A stretch of DNA of 64,000 nucleotides, taken from contig JBAZZU010000002.1 in assembly GCA_041658605.1 (NCBI GenBank), positions 1,477-65,476 on the forward strand. The letters run 5' to 3'. The notes below the pieces were generated by a model. The model worked only from the letters and a program-made list of their open reading frames with translations, was not told the origin of the DNA and made no database searches. Below are positions 1 through 9,694 of this stretch, one piece after another (position 1 is the first letter of the stretch; each line of letters starts with the position of its first letter). A program made the translations under genes and the position numbers. The stretch is from Thermoleophilia bacterium (GTDB lineage Bacteria; Actinomycetota; Thermoleophilia; BMS3ABIN01).

Positions 1-1
1 A

Positions 2-490
2 GGCGTACTGGCGACTGAAGCGACTGTCGCCAGCGGCAGTTACGAGCGCGCACTGCTGAACCTCGACGCCGGCATCGAGGTCTTTTCGCAGGCATGTCCA
101 AAGCTGGCCTCGATGATCCAGGAAGGCGATGTGTCATCGCCCGAGCTTGTCAAAGCGGTTAAAGCCTATACGGCGCCACTGAAGGAAGAAGGCGTTGATA
201 CGGTCATAATGGGCTGCACGCATTATCCGCTGGTCACTCCAATGTTACAGCGGATTCTTGGCAAGCGCGTGACGCTGGTAAACTCGGCCAGCGAGATCGC
301 ACGTGAAGTTGGCGATATCCTTGAGCGCAAGGATATCGAAAACGATCCGGACCGGGAAGGAAAGTATTCATTCCTCTGCACCGGTGATGTGGATTCATTC
401 GTCAGCGTGGGAGCCCGATTCCTGCAGATGCCCTTCGAGGATGTCACGCGGCTGGAGATACTGGAGCTGGAGAAAGCTGGAGTAACATGA
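2..490 (+). CDS. murI: Glutamate racemase MurI, C-terminal part. The 5' end lies outside the window.
   Basis: The frame is open from position 2. It contains the GCTHYPL motif and a racemase C-terminal fold. The murI-rph-rdgB order is conserved. Confidence 0.8.
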   Translation, partial: GVLATEATVASGSYERALLNLDAGIEVFSQACPKLASMIQEGDVSSPELVKAVKAYTAPLKEEGVDTVIMGCTHYPLVTPMLQRILGKRVTLVNSASEIAREVGDILERKDIENDPDREGKYSFLCTGDVDSFVSVGARFLQMPFEDVTRLEILELEKAGVT

Positions 491-1164
491 AAATAAACGC
501 AAAAGTAATTTTCGGAATAGCGCTGGCAGTGATCGGCAGCCTGGGCCTGATAGTACGGGAGAGCATCGTGGGCAACGCGCTCCCGGAAAACGAGCACGGC
601 ATGTTGATAGTAATGCTGGTATGTGGTCTGTTATACGCGTCAGGAGTGCTGTTCGTGGTCGCCGGCTACATGCGCAACATGACGGTTCTGCAGATAGCCA
701 GGGGAGCCATGATCGCTGCGATGTACGCGGTAATGACCCTGTCGCCGGGGCTGAACGCCATAAGCTATGGCCAGGTCCAGTTCAGGATGTCCGAGATGCT
801 GATGCCGCTGGCGGCTTTTGAGATGGCGGCGGTCCCCGGACTCTGGATCGGCTGTATAATCGCCAACATTGGCAGCCCCTTCGGGGTGATCGATCTGACA
901 TTTGGCGCGGGAATGACGCTTCTGGCTGCGATTATCATGAGATCCATCGGACCCCGCTGGGAAGGGATGGCGGCTCCGGTGATCGTCAACGCTTTCGGAG
1001 TGGCGCTGGTCCTGAACGTTGCCGGAGAGCTTCCGTACCTGTCGTCGGCACTCTGGGTGGGTCTCGGCGAGCTTGGTGTCATGGCGGTTCTGGGAGCGCC
1101 GCTGTTTGTCTTACTGAAAAATAATCCGGCCATAATCGGCCTGGGACAAGAGAAGGGTATTTAA
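487..1164 (+). CDS. QueT-like / ECF-type S-component membrane protein.
   Basis: About 6 TM segments and 225 aa. The glycine-rich hydrophobic pattern resembles the QueT transporter family. Confidence 0.45.
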   Translation: MKINAKVIFGIALAVIGSLGLIVRESIVGNALPENEHGMLIVMLVCGLLYASGVLFVVAGYMRNMTVLQIARGAMIAAMYAVMTLSPGLNAISYGQVQFRMSEMLMPLAAFEMAAVPGLWIGCIIANIGSPFGVIDLTFGAGMTLLAAIIMRSIGPRWEGMAAPVIVNAFGVALVLNVAGELPYLSSALWVGLGELGVMAVLGAPLFVLLKNNPAIIGLGQEKGI

Positions 1165-1898
1165 TGGCAATTGAAAGACCGGACGGGCGCGGACCCGGCG
1201 AGATCAGGCCCATGAAGTTCACGCCCCACTTCATAGAATGGGCGGACGGCTCGGTACTGATAGAAGCAGGCAAGACCAAGGTCATCTGTTGCGCCAAGAT
1301 CCAGGACGGTGTTCCCGCCTGGATGCGAGGTCAGGGCAGCGGCTGGGTGACGGCCGAATACAGCATGCTTCCCGCCTCCACGCCTGACCGTACGTTTCGT
1401 GAAGCGGTCAAGGGCAAGCAGGGCGGCCGCACGCTCGAGATACAGCGGCTTGTAGGCCGAAGCCTGCGCAGCGTCGTGGACTTGAGGGGACTGGCCGATC
1501 GCACCATCTGGGTCGACTGCGATGTCATCCAGGCGGACGGCGGTACGCGCTGCGCCTCGGTCTCGGGCGCCTATGTGGCGCTCCATCTGGCCCTGGCGAG
1601 CCTGGTCGACCGTGACCTGATCGCCGAGATCCCGCTCAAGGACTCGCTGGCAGCGGTGAGCGTTGGTATCTGGGAAGGAGAGCCGGTGCTCGACCTCGAT
1701 TACATCGAGGATAGCAGCGCCGAGGTGGACATGAACGTGATAATGTCCGGAGCCGGCAATATTGTGGAGCTTCAGGCGACTGCGGAGAAGACAGCCTTCT
1801 CCCGCGAATCGCTCGATCAGCTGATCGATCTTGCCGCGTCCGGTATTGGACAGATCAGCGCTGAACAGTTAAAGATCACAGCGGCCCCCCGCGGCTGA
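1164..1898 (+). CDS. rph: Ribonuclease PH.
   Basis: The N-terminus reads RPDGR...IRP, followed by the conserved RNase PH core. It is 244 aa and sits directly before rdgB. Confidence 0.9.
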   Translation: MAIERPDGRGPGEIRPMKFTPHFIEWADGSVLIEAGKTKVICCAKIQDGVPAWMRGQGSGWVTAEYSMLPASTPDRTFREAVKGKQGGRTLEIQRLVGRSLRSVVDLRGLADRTIWVDCDVIQADGGTRCASVSGAYVALHLALASLVDRDLIAEIPLKDSLAAVSVGIWEGEPVLDLDYIEDSSAEVDMNVIMSGAGNIVELQATAEKTAFSRESLDQLIDLAASGIGQISAEQLKITAAPRG

Positions 1899-1913
1899 CA
1901 GGAGCACAGGGAC

Positions 1914-2522
1914 GTGCTGCCGGAAAAAATTATCCTCGCCACTGGCAATGCCAACAAGGCCCGCGAGTTTGAGCAGCTGCTCGACGGTTTGCATGTTGAG
2001 GCGATGCCCGCTGGTTTTGAACTTCCCCCAGAGACGGGTTCCACCTTTGAGGAGAACGCCCGCCTGAAAGTCGAGTCGGTGCGGGCGCAGTATCTTGCGA
2101 AAACAACAGCAACTGGAGAGGTCCCCCCCTGGATCATGGCCGACGACTCGGGTATCGAGATCAAGGCCTTCGCGGGAGCGCCAGGTATCTACTCTGCCCG
2201 CTACGCCGGTGAGGACGCAACCGACGTCGACAACGTCAACAAGCTGCTGGCCGAGCTTAAGGACAGCGATGACCGCCGCGCCCGCTTCGTCTGTGTCATC
2301 GTCTGCTGCTCACCCGATGGCGGCGAGATAGTTGCCCGCGGCGATTTCGACGGCACCATCGCCTCGGAGCCGTACGGGGAGTTCGGCTTCGGTTACGACC
2401 CGGTATTTGTCCCGGATAATTATTCGCTAACGGTTTCCCAGCTTTCTGCCGAAGAGAAAAATCGTATCAGTCACCGTGCCCGGGCAGCCCACAGCCTGCT
2501 TGCTCAGCTTCGGGGAGGCTAA
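1914..2522 (+). CDS. rdgB: Non-canonical purine NTP pyrophosphatase (dITP/XTP), RdgB/Ham1 family.
   Basis: GTG start. The ATGNANK motif is present and overall similarity to the Ham1 family is clear. Confidence 0.85.
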   Translation: MLPEKIILATGNANKAREFEQLLDGLHVEAMPAGFELPPETGSTFEENARLKVESVRAQYLAKTTATGEVPPWIMADDSGIEIKAFAGAPGIYSARYAGEDATDVDNVNKLLAELKDSDDRRARFVCVIVCCSPDGGEIVARGDFDGTIASEPYGEFGFGYDPVFVPDNYSLTVSQLSAEEKNRISHRARAAHSLLAQLRGG

Positions 2523-2550
2523 TCTCAGAAGCGGGGCTTTCCAAGGGGGG

Positions 2551-2617
2551 GTGGAAGGCAACTTTTAGGGAAGGCAAATGCCTTGAAAGTTTTACCACCT
2601 TTTTTTCGCAGAGCGTG
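2551..2617 (+). terminator. Rho-independent terminator after rdgB. A second hairpin plus T-run lies at about 2653-2680.
   Basis: A GGTGG...CCACC stem with an inner AAGGCA-AA-TGCCTT palindrome is followed by T7. The second hairpin is CGGCC-GGAA-GGCCG followed by T6. Confidence 0.5.
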
Positions 2618-2774
2618 GGCTCCCGGACCGGACGAACATAAGAATCGTGGAATATAAAGCTGGCGGCCGGAAGGCCGTTTTTTAATGCCTGTTATCAGCC
2701 ACAAGGCCGGAGTAAAAAAAGTCCGGCGCATGCTTTTGGTTTTGGTTGTTCATCCATATGGGTAAATATCATTT

Positions 2775-3896
2775 ATGAAGTGGTCTTTTAAAGTAGCGCG
2801 CGTTTTCGGCATCGAGCTACGCATCCATATAACCTTTTTCCTCATCATCGCCTGGGCCGCCTACATCTGGGGCGTACAATTAAATGGCGGCACTCCTGGT
2901 GCGGTTTACGGCGCATTCCTTGTTTCCCTGCTGTTTATTTGTGTGATTATCCACGAACTCTGCCATTCAAGGATGGCCCAGCATTACGGCGCGGACGTGG
3001 CCAGTATAACCTTGCTGCCGATCGGCGGTGTCTCCCTGCTGAAGAACATGCCTGAGGAGCCACGCAAGGAGCTCTGGGTATCGCTCGTGGGGCCTCTCAG
3101 CAATGTCGTCATAGCCATGATGCTGGCCGTCGTGTATGTGGTTCTGCCCGGCAAGGTCATAGCTTCAACCGCCGAGCAGGCGACCGATATCCTCATGGGC
3201 ATCAGCCTGCAGGGCCTGATCGAATACTTGTTTATCATCAACCTGATGCTGGCTGTGTTCAATCTCCTGCCGGCGTTTCCGCTGGACGGCGGCCGCGTCC
3301 TGAGAAGCATTCTCGCCCAGCGCATGTCTTATGTGAGAGCGACCCGCATTGCTGTAGTCATAGGACAGTCCTTTGCTTTTATCCTTGGCATCGTTGGGCT
3401 GCTTTCCTACCAGTGGCTCTGGATCCTCATCGCCATATTCATTTACATGGGCGCCGAGCAGGAAGGCGCGGGGGCGCAGATGAAGACTGTGCTGTCACAG
3501 CTCAAGGTCGGCCAGGCGGTAACCGGAAATGTTCAGCTGCTTTCACCCGAACAAAATCTGAGCCAGGTGGTCACGCTGGTTTTACACGGATTCCAGGAAG
3601 ATTTTCCGGTTGTGGATGAGACGGGACAGGTCGTCGGCGTCCTCACGAGGGCGAATCTCATCAACGGCCTGCATGTAAAGGGAACCGGGGCGCTGGTCGG
3701 CGATGTCATGGAAAGAAATTTTCCGGTGGTTGAGGCCGACGAGCCCTTTTCGAGGGTCTATGAGAAGATGAACGACAGCGGGATCAAGGCGGTTCCGGTT
3801 ATGGAAAACGGCCACCTGCTGGGGATGGTGACCCTGGAGCATTTAAGCGAAGTCTTCATGCTGCTGAGCTCGACCGACGCACCGCTGGCGCCGTAA
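2775..3896 (+). CDS. Site-2 protease family (M50) zinc metalloprotease with a C-terminal CBS pair.
   Basis: HELCH HExxH motif and the FPLDGGRVL LDG motif, with multiple TM segments and two CBS domains at the C-terminus. Confidence 0.8.
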   Translation: MKWSFKVARVFGIELRIHITFFLIIAWAAYIWGVQLNGGTPGAVYGAFLVSLLFICVIIHELCHSRMAQHYGADVASITLLPIGGVSLLKNMPEEPRKELWVSLVGPLSNVVIAMMLAVVYVVLPGKVIASTAEQATDILMGISLQGLIEYLFIINLMLAVFNLLPAFPLDGGRVLRSILAQRMSYVRATRIAVVIGQSFAFILGIVGLLSYQWLWILIAIFIYMGAEQEGAGAQMKTVLSQLKVGQAVTGNVQLLSPEQNLSQVVTLVLHGFQEDFPVVDETGQVVGVLTRANLINGLHVKGTGALVGDVMERNFPVVEADEPFSRVYEKMNDSGIKAVPVMENGHLLGMVTLEHLSEVFMLLSSTDAPLAP

Positions 3897-4314
3897 CAGT
3901 CTCCCTGCGGAGCCAGTTGCTGGTTAGCTAAACGTAGAGGCGCTTCTTTTAACGCCTCTACATTCAAAACACGGATGTCTTTTCACCATTCAATCATTAC
4001 CACCTGTCCCCTCTTTGCCCCCATGCTCATTGCGGTGCTTTTGCCGGTGGCCTCCGGCATCCGCACCCCTTATCTTCACTTCGAGAACGCCATCCTCGAA
4101 GACACCTTGAACACAATGCCAGTTGTTCTTTTTCTAAAACACCTGCTCATATTGTCTGTTTCATGAATCAAAATACAAACCCCTACTATTAATATTTCCT
4201 TTTTATGGCAAATCTAACATGAACTAAAACTCAGAACAGGGCCTGTGTTGAATTGTGGTTATTATTCCATTAGTATGAAATAACATACTTATTACACAAA
4301 ACGGGGTTAGAAAA

Positions 4315-4566
4315 ATGACAAAGGAAAACATACCCGACCCGCAGTTCTGGGGATCGGCAACCGTAGGTGAGCGGGGGCAGATAGTCATTCCCGCCGACGC
4401 GCGCCAGGAGATGGACATCAAGCCGGGCGACAAGCTTCTGATATTCTCAGGCATGCACGGAGGTTCGCTCAATGTCATCAAGGCCGAGCAGGTGACCGAG
4501 TTTGTCTCGCGCGCAATGGCAAGGCTCACAAAGATGGAAGAGATAGCCCGCAAGGAGGAAAAGTGA
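4315..4566 (+). CDS. AbrB/MazE/SpoVT-family DNA-binding small protein.
   Basis: GQIVIPADARQEMDIKPGDKL swapped-hairpin motif. It is 83 aa and is preceded by an AT-rich island. Confidence 0.6.
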   Translation: MTKENIPDPQFWGSATVGERGQIVIPADARQEMDIKPGDKLLIFSGMHGGSLNVIKAEQVTEFVSRAMARLTKMEEIARKEEK

Positions 4567-5651
4567 ACGCGCTCGACAAGTCGGCCGCGGCGACGGCCCA
4601 GGTAATCGCGGCGCGTCCTCCTGCGTCCGTGGGGCCGGTTATCGAGGTCGAGAACCTGACACGCAGGTTCAAGGATTTTACCGCGGTCGATGAAGTGAGT
4701 TTTAAAGTCGGCCGCAAGGAGATCTTCGGGTTCCTCGGACCCAACGGCGCCGGCAAGACCACTACCATCAGCATGCTCTGTACGCTGCTGAAGCCGACTT
4801 CGGGCCGCGCGACCCTCAACGGTTTTGACGTCGCCAGCCAGCAGGACGCCGTGCGGCAGTCCATCGGCATAGTCTTTCAGGATCCGACGCTCGACGATCA
4901 GTTGACTGCGTGGGAGAACCTGCAGTTCCACGCCATGCTCTATAACGTACCAGCTTCTGAACGTTTGTCGCGCGCGACGCGTGTGCTCGACATGGTGGGG
5001 CTCGTCGACCGGGCCGGCGACCGGGTGGAGACCTATTCGGGCGGCATGAAGCGGCGGCTGGAGATTGCGCGCGGCCTGATGCATTATCCGCACGTGCTTT
5101 TTCTGGACGAACCGACCCTGGGGCTCGACCCGCAGACGCGCAGCGCCATCTGGGAACACGTGCACGAGCTGAGGGCTGAGTATGACATCACAGTATTTTT
5201 GACAACTCATTACATGGACGAAGCCGAGAATTGCGACCGCATCGCCATCATCGACTCGGGGAAGATCGTGGCGCTGGACACGCCGGGCTCGCTGAAGCAC
5301 GGCGTTGGCGGTGACATCATCACCCTGCGCTCAGCGGACGCGGGCGCGACGGTCGCGGAACTGAAGGAAAAGTTCAACCTTGATGCCGCGATTCAGCCGG
5401 CGCCGGCCGACACGTCGGGCCCCGCGGGGGAACGTATCTACCTGGAGGTTCCCAGCGGCCGAACGCTGCTGCCGCAGATACTAAAGAGCATTACCACGGA
5501 GATACTTTCCGTCACCGTGCGCGAGCCGACGCTCGACGATGTCTTCCTCAGCCTGACCGGAAAGCAGATACGCGACGAGTCGGTCGACAAGATGGACGCG
5601 ATGAAGACACGTGTGCGCCGTCGCCGCTCGCAGAAAGGGATGGGGCATTGA
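4563..5651 (+). CDS. ABC transporter ATP-binding protein, DrrA-like, with a C-terminal extension.
   Basis: Walker A GPNGAGKTT, signature YSGGMKRRL and Walker B LFLDEPT. The GTG start overlaps the AbrB stop. Confidence 0.85.
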   Translation: MNALDKSAAATAQVIAARPPASVGPVIEVENLTRRFKDFTAVDEVSFKVGRKEIFGFLGPNGAGKTTTISMLCTLLKPTSGRATLNGFDVASQQDAVRQSIGIVFQDPTLDDQLTAWENLQFHAMLYNVPASERLSRATRVLDMVGLVDRAGDRVETYSGGMKRRLEIARGLMHYPHVLFLDEPTLGLDPQTRSAIWEHVHELRAEYDITVFLTTHYMDEAENCDRIAIIDSGKIVALDTPGSLKHGVGGDIITLRSADAGATVAELKEKFNLDAAIQPAPADTSGPAGERIYLEVPSGRTLLPQILKSITTEILSVTVREPTLDDVFLSLTGKQIRDESVDKMDAMKTRVRRRRSQKGMGH

Positions 5652-6418
5652 AACGTTTTCGCGCCACATACATAATCTGGCTGCGCGACCTCAAGCGGCA
5701 TTTTCGGGACCGCGCCCGCATATTCGGCTCGCTGGCCACCCCGATCATCTTTATTTTCATACTGGGGCAGGGGCTGGGTTCCTCCATCAGCGGCGGCATC
5801 CCCGCAGCCGGCGGCGCCCTGGACTACAAGACCTTCATGTTCCCGGGTATCCTGGGGATGACGGTGCTTTTTGCAGGTGTATTCTCGGCCGTCTCCATCG
5901 TCTGGGACCGTGAGTTCGGCTTCCTCAAGGAGATGCTGGTGGCGCCGGTTCCCAGCTGGAGTATCGCCCTCGGCAAAGTGATAAGCGGCGCCACGATAGC
6001 TTCGTTCCAGGGCTGCCTGATGCTTATTCTGGCCCCATTCGCCGGGGTCAGCCTGTCGCCGCTGATGATCGCCAAACTGTTGCCGACGCTCTTTCTGGTC
6101 TCGTTCTCGATGACCGGCATGGGGGTGCTGGTGGCTACGCGGCTTAAGAGCATGCAGGGCTTTCAGATGATAATGAACTTCATCATGATGCCGATGTTCT
6201 TCCTCTCCGGAGCCATGTTCCCGCTGGCAAACGCCCCCGCCTGGATGGACATCCTGTCGAAACTGGACCCGCTCACCTACGGGGTCGACGCGCTGCGCTC
6301 GATAATGCTAACCGATGTACCGTCACGGTATTCGTTCACAACCGACATCGCGTTGATCACGCTGATTTCCGCAGTCATGCTGACCGTTGCCATTTCCACC
6401 TTCAGCCGGCAATCATGA
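5648..6418 (+). CDS. ABC-2 type transporter permease.
   Basis: Six TM segments with the ABC-2 family pattern. The TTG start overlaps the ATPase stop. Confidence 0.75.
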   Translation: MKRFRATYIIWLRDLKRHFRDRARIFGSLATPIIFIFILGQGLGSSISGGIPAAGGALDYKTFMFPGILGMTVLFAGVFSAVSIVWDREFGFLKEMLVAPVPSWSIALGKVISGATIASFQGCLMLILAPFAGVSLSPLMIAKLLPTLFLVSFSMTGMGVLVATRLKSMQGFQMIMNFIMMPMFFLSGAMFPLANAPAWMDILSKLDPLTYGVDALRSIMLTDVPSRYSFTTDIALITLISAVMLTVAISTFSRQS

Positions 6419-6440
6419 CGCAAAAAGAGCGGAGCACCTG

Positions 6441-7955
6441 ATGGGACGGCGCTCCCGCCTGCAGGCGCATCCCCGTTACCGCTGGCTGGTTCTGGTCACG
6501 GTAGCGGGTGGCATGATGATGGCGATCTTAAGCTCTTCCATCGTCAACATCGCTCTGCCGACTATAACCGCCGAGTTCGGCTCCACGATCACGACCATGA
6601 CCTGGGTGGTCACCATTTTCATGATCACGCAGGCGACGCTGATGCCGGTCTGGGGCCGCGCCGGCGATATCTACGGCCATAAGAAAATCTTCATCATCGG
6701 GCTGCTGCTTTTCTCGGCGACGTCGATCCTCTGTGCCGTCGCCTGGAATCCGTACAGCCTGATCGTCGGCCGCGCCCTGCAGGCGATCGGTTCCAGCGCC
6801 CTGGCGCCGATGGCGCTGGCTTTTGTTTTTGAAGCCTTCCCGCAGAAGCATCGTGCCCAGGCGCTGGGAATCATGGGCGGGGTCATCGGCGCCGCGCCTG
6901 TGCTCGGACTGACGGGAGGCGGTCTGCTGGTCGAGGCCTTCGGATGGCGCAGCGTCTTTTTTATATATATCCCGCTTTGCGCCATCATCGTGCCGGCGGC
7001 GCTCTACATACTTAAGGAGTCGCCGCCGAACGAGCAGCGCGGATTCGATATCGCGGGCGCCGTGCTGCTAACCACGGGGCTCTTCAGCGGCCTGCTCGGG
7101 TTGAACCAGGGAAGAAACTGGGGCTGGAGCGATCCGCGCGTGCTCGGATGTTTCGCCCTGATGGCATTGCTGCTGTCGTTCTTTATTTTCTGGGAAAGCA
7201 GGACCCCGCGGCCGATGCTCGACCTTCAGCTGCTCAGGATCAGGTCGCTGGCGGCGGCCAATATCGCGGGCTTTTTCTCGTCGGGCGCCATGTTTGGCTC
7301 ACTTGTGCTGCTGCCGTACTTCTTCCAGTCGGTGCTCGGCGACGAGCCGGCGGCTACCGGCTTCGAGCTGGCGCCGCTGGCGCTGATGTTCGTGCTGGTA
7401 GCGCCCATCGGCGGCAGGCTGACCGCGAGGATCGGTCCGCGAAAGACGGCTTCATGCGGCCTGGCTGTCGCGGCCGCCGGTTTTGTCATCCTGGCAAGCC
7501 AGCTTTCCGCGGAGGCTTCCGCCCTGAGGCTGGGGCTCTCGATCGTGGTGCTGGGCATTGGCCTGGGCTTGACCATGGCACCGCTTACTACGGCCGCCGT
7601 TCATGACGCGCCGCTCGACAAACGCGGAATCGCCTCGTCGTTGCCGAACATGAGCCGCTTCATCGGCGGTTCGTTTGCAATCGCCATTTTCAGCACGGTG
7701 CTTTCTTCGCGTATTAGCTCACACATGCTAGCCGCCGGGATACAGGGCGACGGCATAACGGCAGGTGCGTCTTCAGGGGAAACGGATACCGCCGGCAGCG
7801 CCGCCTTTAAACAGGCGCTGTCGTCATCATTCCGGGATGTTTTCCTGTTCGCGATTTCTTTCATCGTTTTATCTTTTATATTCGTCCAGTTGATCCCCCG
7901 CTTGCGCAACGATATGGATGCCGCCCCGAAAACCATGTCAGACGACACCATGTGA
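6441..7955 (+). CDS. MFS transporter, DHA2 (14-TM) drug/H+ antiporter family.
   Basis: About 14 TM segments with the MFS motif GRxGDxxGxKK. I prefer the ATG at 6441, which has an RBS, over the track start at 6387 that overlaps the permease. Confidence 0.75.
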   Translation: MGRRSRLQAHPRYRWLVLVTVAGGMMMAILSSSIVNIALPTITAEFGSTITTMTWVVTIFMITQATLMPVWGRAGDIYGHKKIFIIGLLLFSATSILCAVAWNPYSLIVGRALQAIGSSALAPMALAFVFEAFPQKHRAQALGIMGGVIGAAPVLGLTGGGLLVEAFGWRSVFFIYIPLCAIIVPAALYILKESPPNEQRGFDIAGAVLLTTGLFSGLLGLNQGRNWGWSDPRVLGCFALMALLLSFFIFWESRTPRPMLDLQLLRIRSLAAANIAGFFSSGAMFGSLVLLPYFFQSVLGDEPAATGFELAPLALMFVLVAPIGGRLTARIGPRKTASCGLAVAAAGFVILASQLSAEASALRLGLSIVVLGIGLGLTMAPLTTAAVHDAPLDKRGIASSLPNMSRFIGGSFAIAIFSTVLSSRISSHMLAAGIQGDGITAGASSGETDTAGSAAFKQALSSSFRDVFLFAISFIVLSFIFVQLIPRLRNDMDAAPKTMSDDTM

Positions 7956-8336
7956 ATACTTCAAAATCGGCTTGTTAGAGCAAGAAGCTGCTTCAGAGGA
8001 CGGGACAGGAATCCTTGCCCGGGATGCCGTGGAGATGACAGCCGAAAAGCCAGGACCACAGTCGCATGCAAGATCAAGAATTGCGGGTTCCTGGCTGCGG
8101 GTAAAGCCAGATTCTGTTTCACTTGCCCGGATTTTCCCTGCGACAGCCTGATGCATTTGGACAAGCGTTACCGGACAAAATACGGCATGAGTATGATCGA
8201 GAATCTCGAGATTATCAGGCAGGTGGGCGTGAGGGATATCTTCAGGCGGGAAAAGCAACGATGGGCCTGTCCGAAATGCGGTTAGACGCTCTGTGTGCAT
8301 GACACAGGCTGCGCCAATTGCGGTCACAATTGGCGC
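7956..8336 (+). pseudogene. Decayed cysteine-rich small-protein gene with multiple CxxC pairs. It has no start codon and carries an internal TAG.
   Basis: The frame is open from directly after the MFS TGA and has no ATG, GTG or TTG. It encodes ...CPGCRG...CKIKNC...FCFTCPDFPC...RYRTKYGMSMIENL...ACPKCG. A TAG at 8283-8285 is followed by 17 more in-frame codons reading LCVHDTGCANCGHNW. Confidence 0.35.
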
Positions 8337-8371
8337 TGAGGCGCCGATCCTGCAGGAAATCCCGTCCGCTA

Positions 8372-9679
8372 TTACCCGAAGATACTGGTCACAACCAGCA
8401 GCAGGCTCAGTATGATCAAACCCGCGGTCGTCAGGCCGGCGACCACGTTATGCCTCCTGCTGTTGGCGTACTCGCCCATGATTCCCTTGTCGTTAATTAT
8501 GATCATCACGAATATCAATATGAGCGGAAGCAGGATTCCGTTCACGTCCTGCGCCAGGACCATGATCTTCAATAGCGGCAGGTTGGGGATGAGCGCGACC
8601 CCGGCGCCGATGACGATTGATGCCGTAAAGAGACCGTGGAAGATGGGCGCTTCCCTAAAGGAGCGGTTAACGCCCGACTCGAAACCGAAGGCCTCACAGA
8701 TTGCGTAGGCCGTGGCCAGGGGCAGGATACATGCGGCCAGCACTGACGCGTTGAGCAGTCCGAAGGCGAAAAGCCTTGATGCCCACTCCCCCGCCAGCGG
8801 GACAAGCGCCTCGGCCGCCTGCTCGGCACTGTCTACATCCCCCCCAGTTGCGTGGATCGTAGCCGCGCAGGAAATGATGATGAACAGCGCCACCAGGTCA
8901 GTGATTACGGCCCCCATTATCACCTCTGCTTTTGTATAGCGGAAATGCTTGATCGAGATGCCTTTATCCACCACGTAGGCCTGGATAAAGAACTGGCCCC
9001 AGGGGGTGATGGTGGTGCCGATTACGGCGATGAAGAGCAGGATATAGCCGGCGTTCATCTCAAACGATGGCACCACCGTGCTGTGCAGCGCCTCGCCCCA
9101 GTCCGGGTGGGCCATGAAACCCGACACAACGTACGCGAGGTAAAAACTGGAGAAGACAAGGAAGGCCCGCTCGGCGATCTTGTAGGAGCCGCGCACGACC
9201 AGCAGCCAGATGAAGACGGCCACGAACGGCACCGTGTAATACTTGGACGCCCCGAATAGCTGAAAGCTCGATGCGATGCCGGAGAACTCGGAGATGGTCG
9301 TTCCCAGGTTCGCCACCAGCATCGCCGCCATCGCGAACAGGGTCAGTTTCAGCCGGAAGCGTTCACGGATCAGCGCCGCCAGCCCCTGGCCGGTCACCAC
9401 TCCCATGCGCGCACCCATCTCCTGGGTGACCGCTAGGCTGAACGTTATCAGCAGCAGCATCCACAACATGCTGTAGCCGAAACGCCCGCCCGCCATGGAA
9501 TATGTGGCGATGCCGCCGGCGTCGTTGTCGGCGTTGGCGGTGATCAGGCCCGGGCCCAGGATTGACAGAAACAGCAGCAGGCGCGTCCTGCCGATGCGCG
9601 GCAGCCGTGGCATGCGGGGGGTGGGGAGACGTGAAAGCCGCCTGCGGCCGATGCGGTGAAATGCTCTGAGGCGGCGCAT
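8372..9679 (-). CDS. NRAMP-family divalent cation transporter, NRMT-like (Mg2+-type signature).
   Basis: GPG...FGY core with 11-12 TM segments. The DPGN motif is replaced by DAGG, and the TM6 MPH motif reads TIH, so the methionine is missing. The gene is downstream of an M-box riboswitch. Confidence 0.8.
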   Translation of the reverse strand: MRRLRAFHRIGRRRLSRLPTPRMPRLPRIGRTRLLLFLSILGPGLITANADNDAGGIATYSMAGGRFGYSMLWMLLLITFSLAVTQEMGARMGVVTGQGLAALIRERFRLKLTLFAMAAMLVANLGTTISEFSGIASSFQLFGASKYYTVPFVAVFIWLLVVRGSYKIAERAFLVFSSFYLAYVVSGFMAHPDWGEALHSTVVPSFEMNAGYILLFIAVIGTTITPWGQFFIQAYVVDKGISIKHFRYTKAEVIMGAVITDLVALFIIISCAATIHATGGDVDSAEQAAEALVPLAGEWASRLFAFGLLNASVLAACILPLATAYAICEAFGFESGVNRSFREAPIFHGLFTASIVIGAGVALIPNLPLLKIMVLAQDVNGILLPLILIFVMIIINDKGIMGEYANSRRHNVVAGLTTAGLIILSLLLVVTSIFG

Positions 9680-9694
9680 GAAGTTAACTTAAGA

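Noticed and set aside
4224-5300. 358-aa ORF on the minus strand.
   Set aside because: It is antisense to the ABC ATPase gene, which has clear Walker motifs. This is a typical high-GC antisense artefact. The same applies to 53580..54548 (-), 42014..42820 (-), 46868..47701 (-), 32437..33207 (-), 18660..19430 (+), 10292..11113 (+), 1161..1586 (-), 30534..31295 (+) and 11225..11752 (-).
6387-6440. Longer MFS start from the ORF track.
   Set aside because: It overlaps the permease gene end and has no RBS. The ATG at 6441 has a GGAG RBS, and the protein then begins at TM1.
7956-8336. Naming the Cys-rich remnant as a specific DUF (for example DUF3795).
   Set aside because: I could not reproduce a family signature with confidence from memory, so I leave it as an unassigned CxxC-rich remnant.
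9614-9679. Alternative internal start (MPRLPRIG...) for the NRAMP gene.
   Set aside because: The upstream start cannot be discriminated from the internal one without homolog alignment, so I kept the longest ORF.
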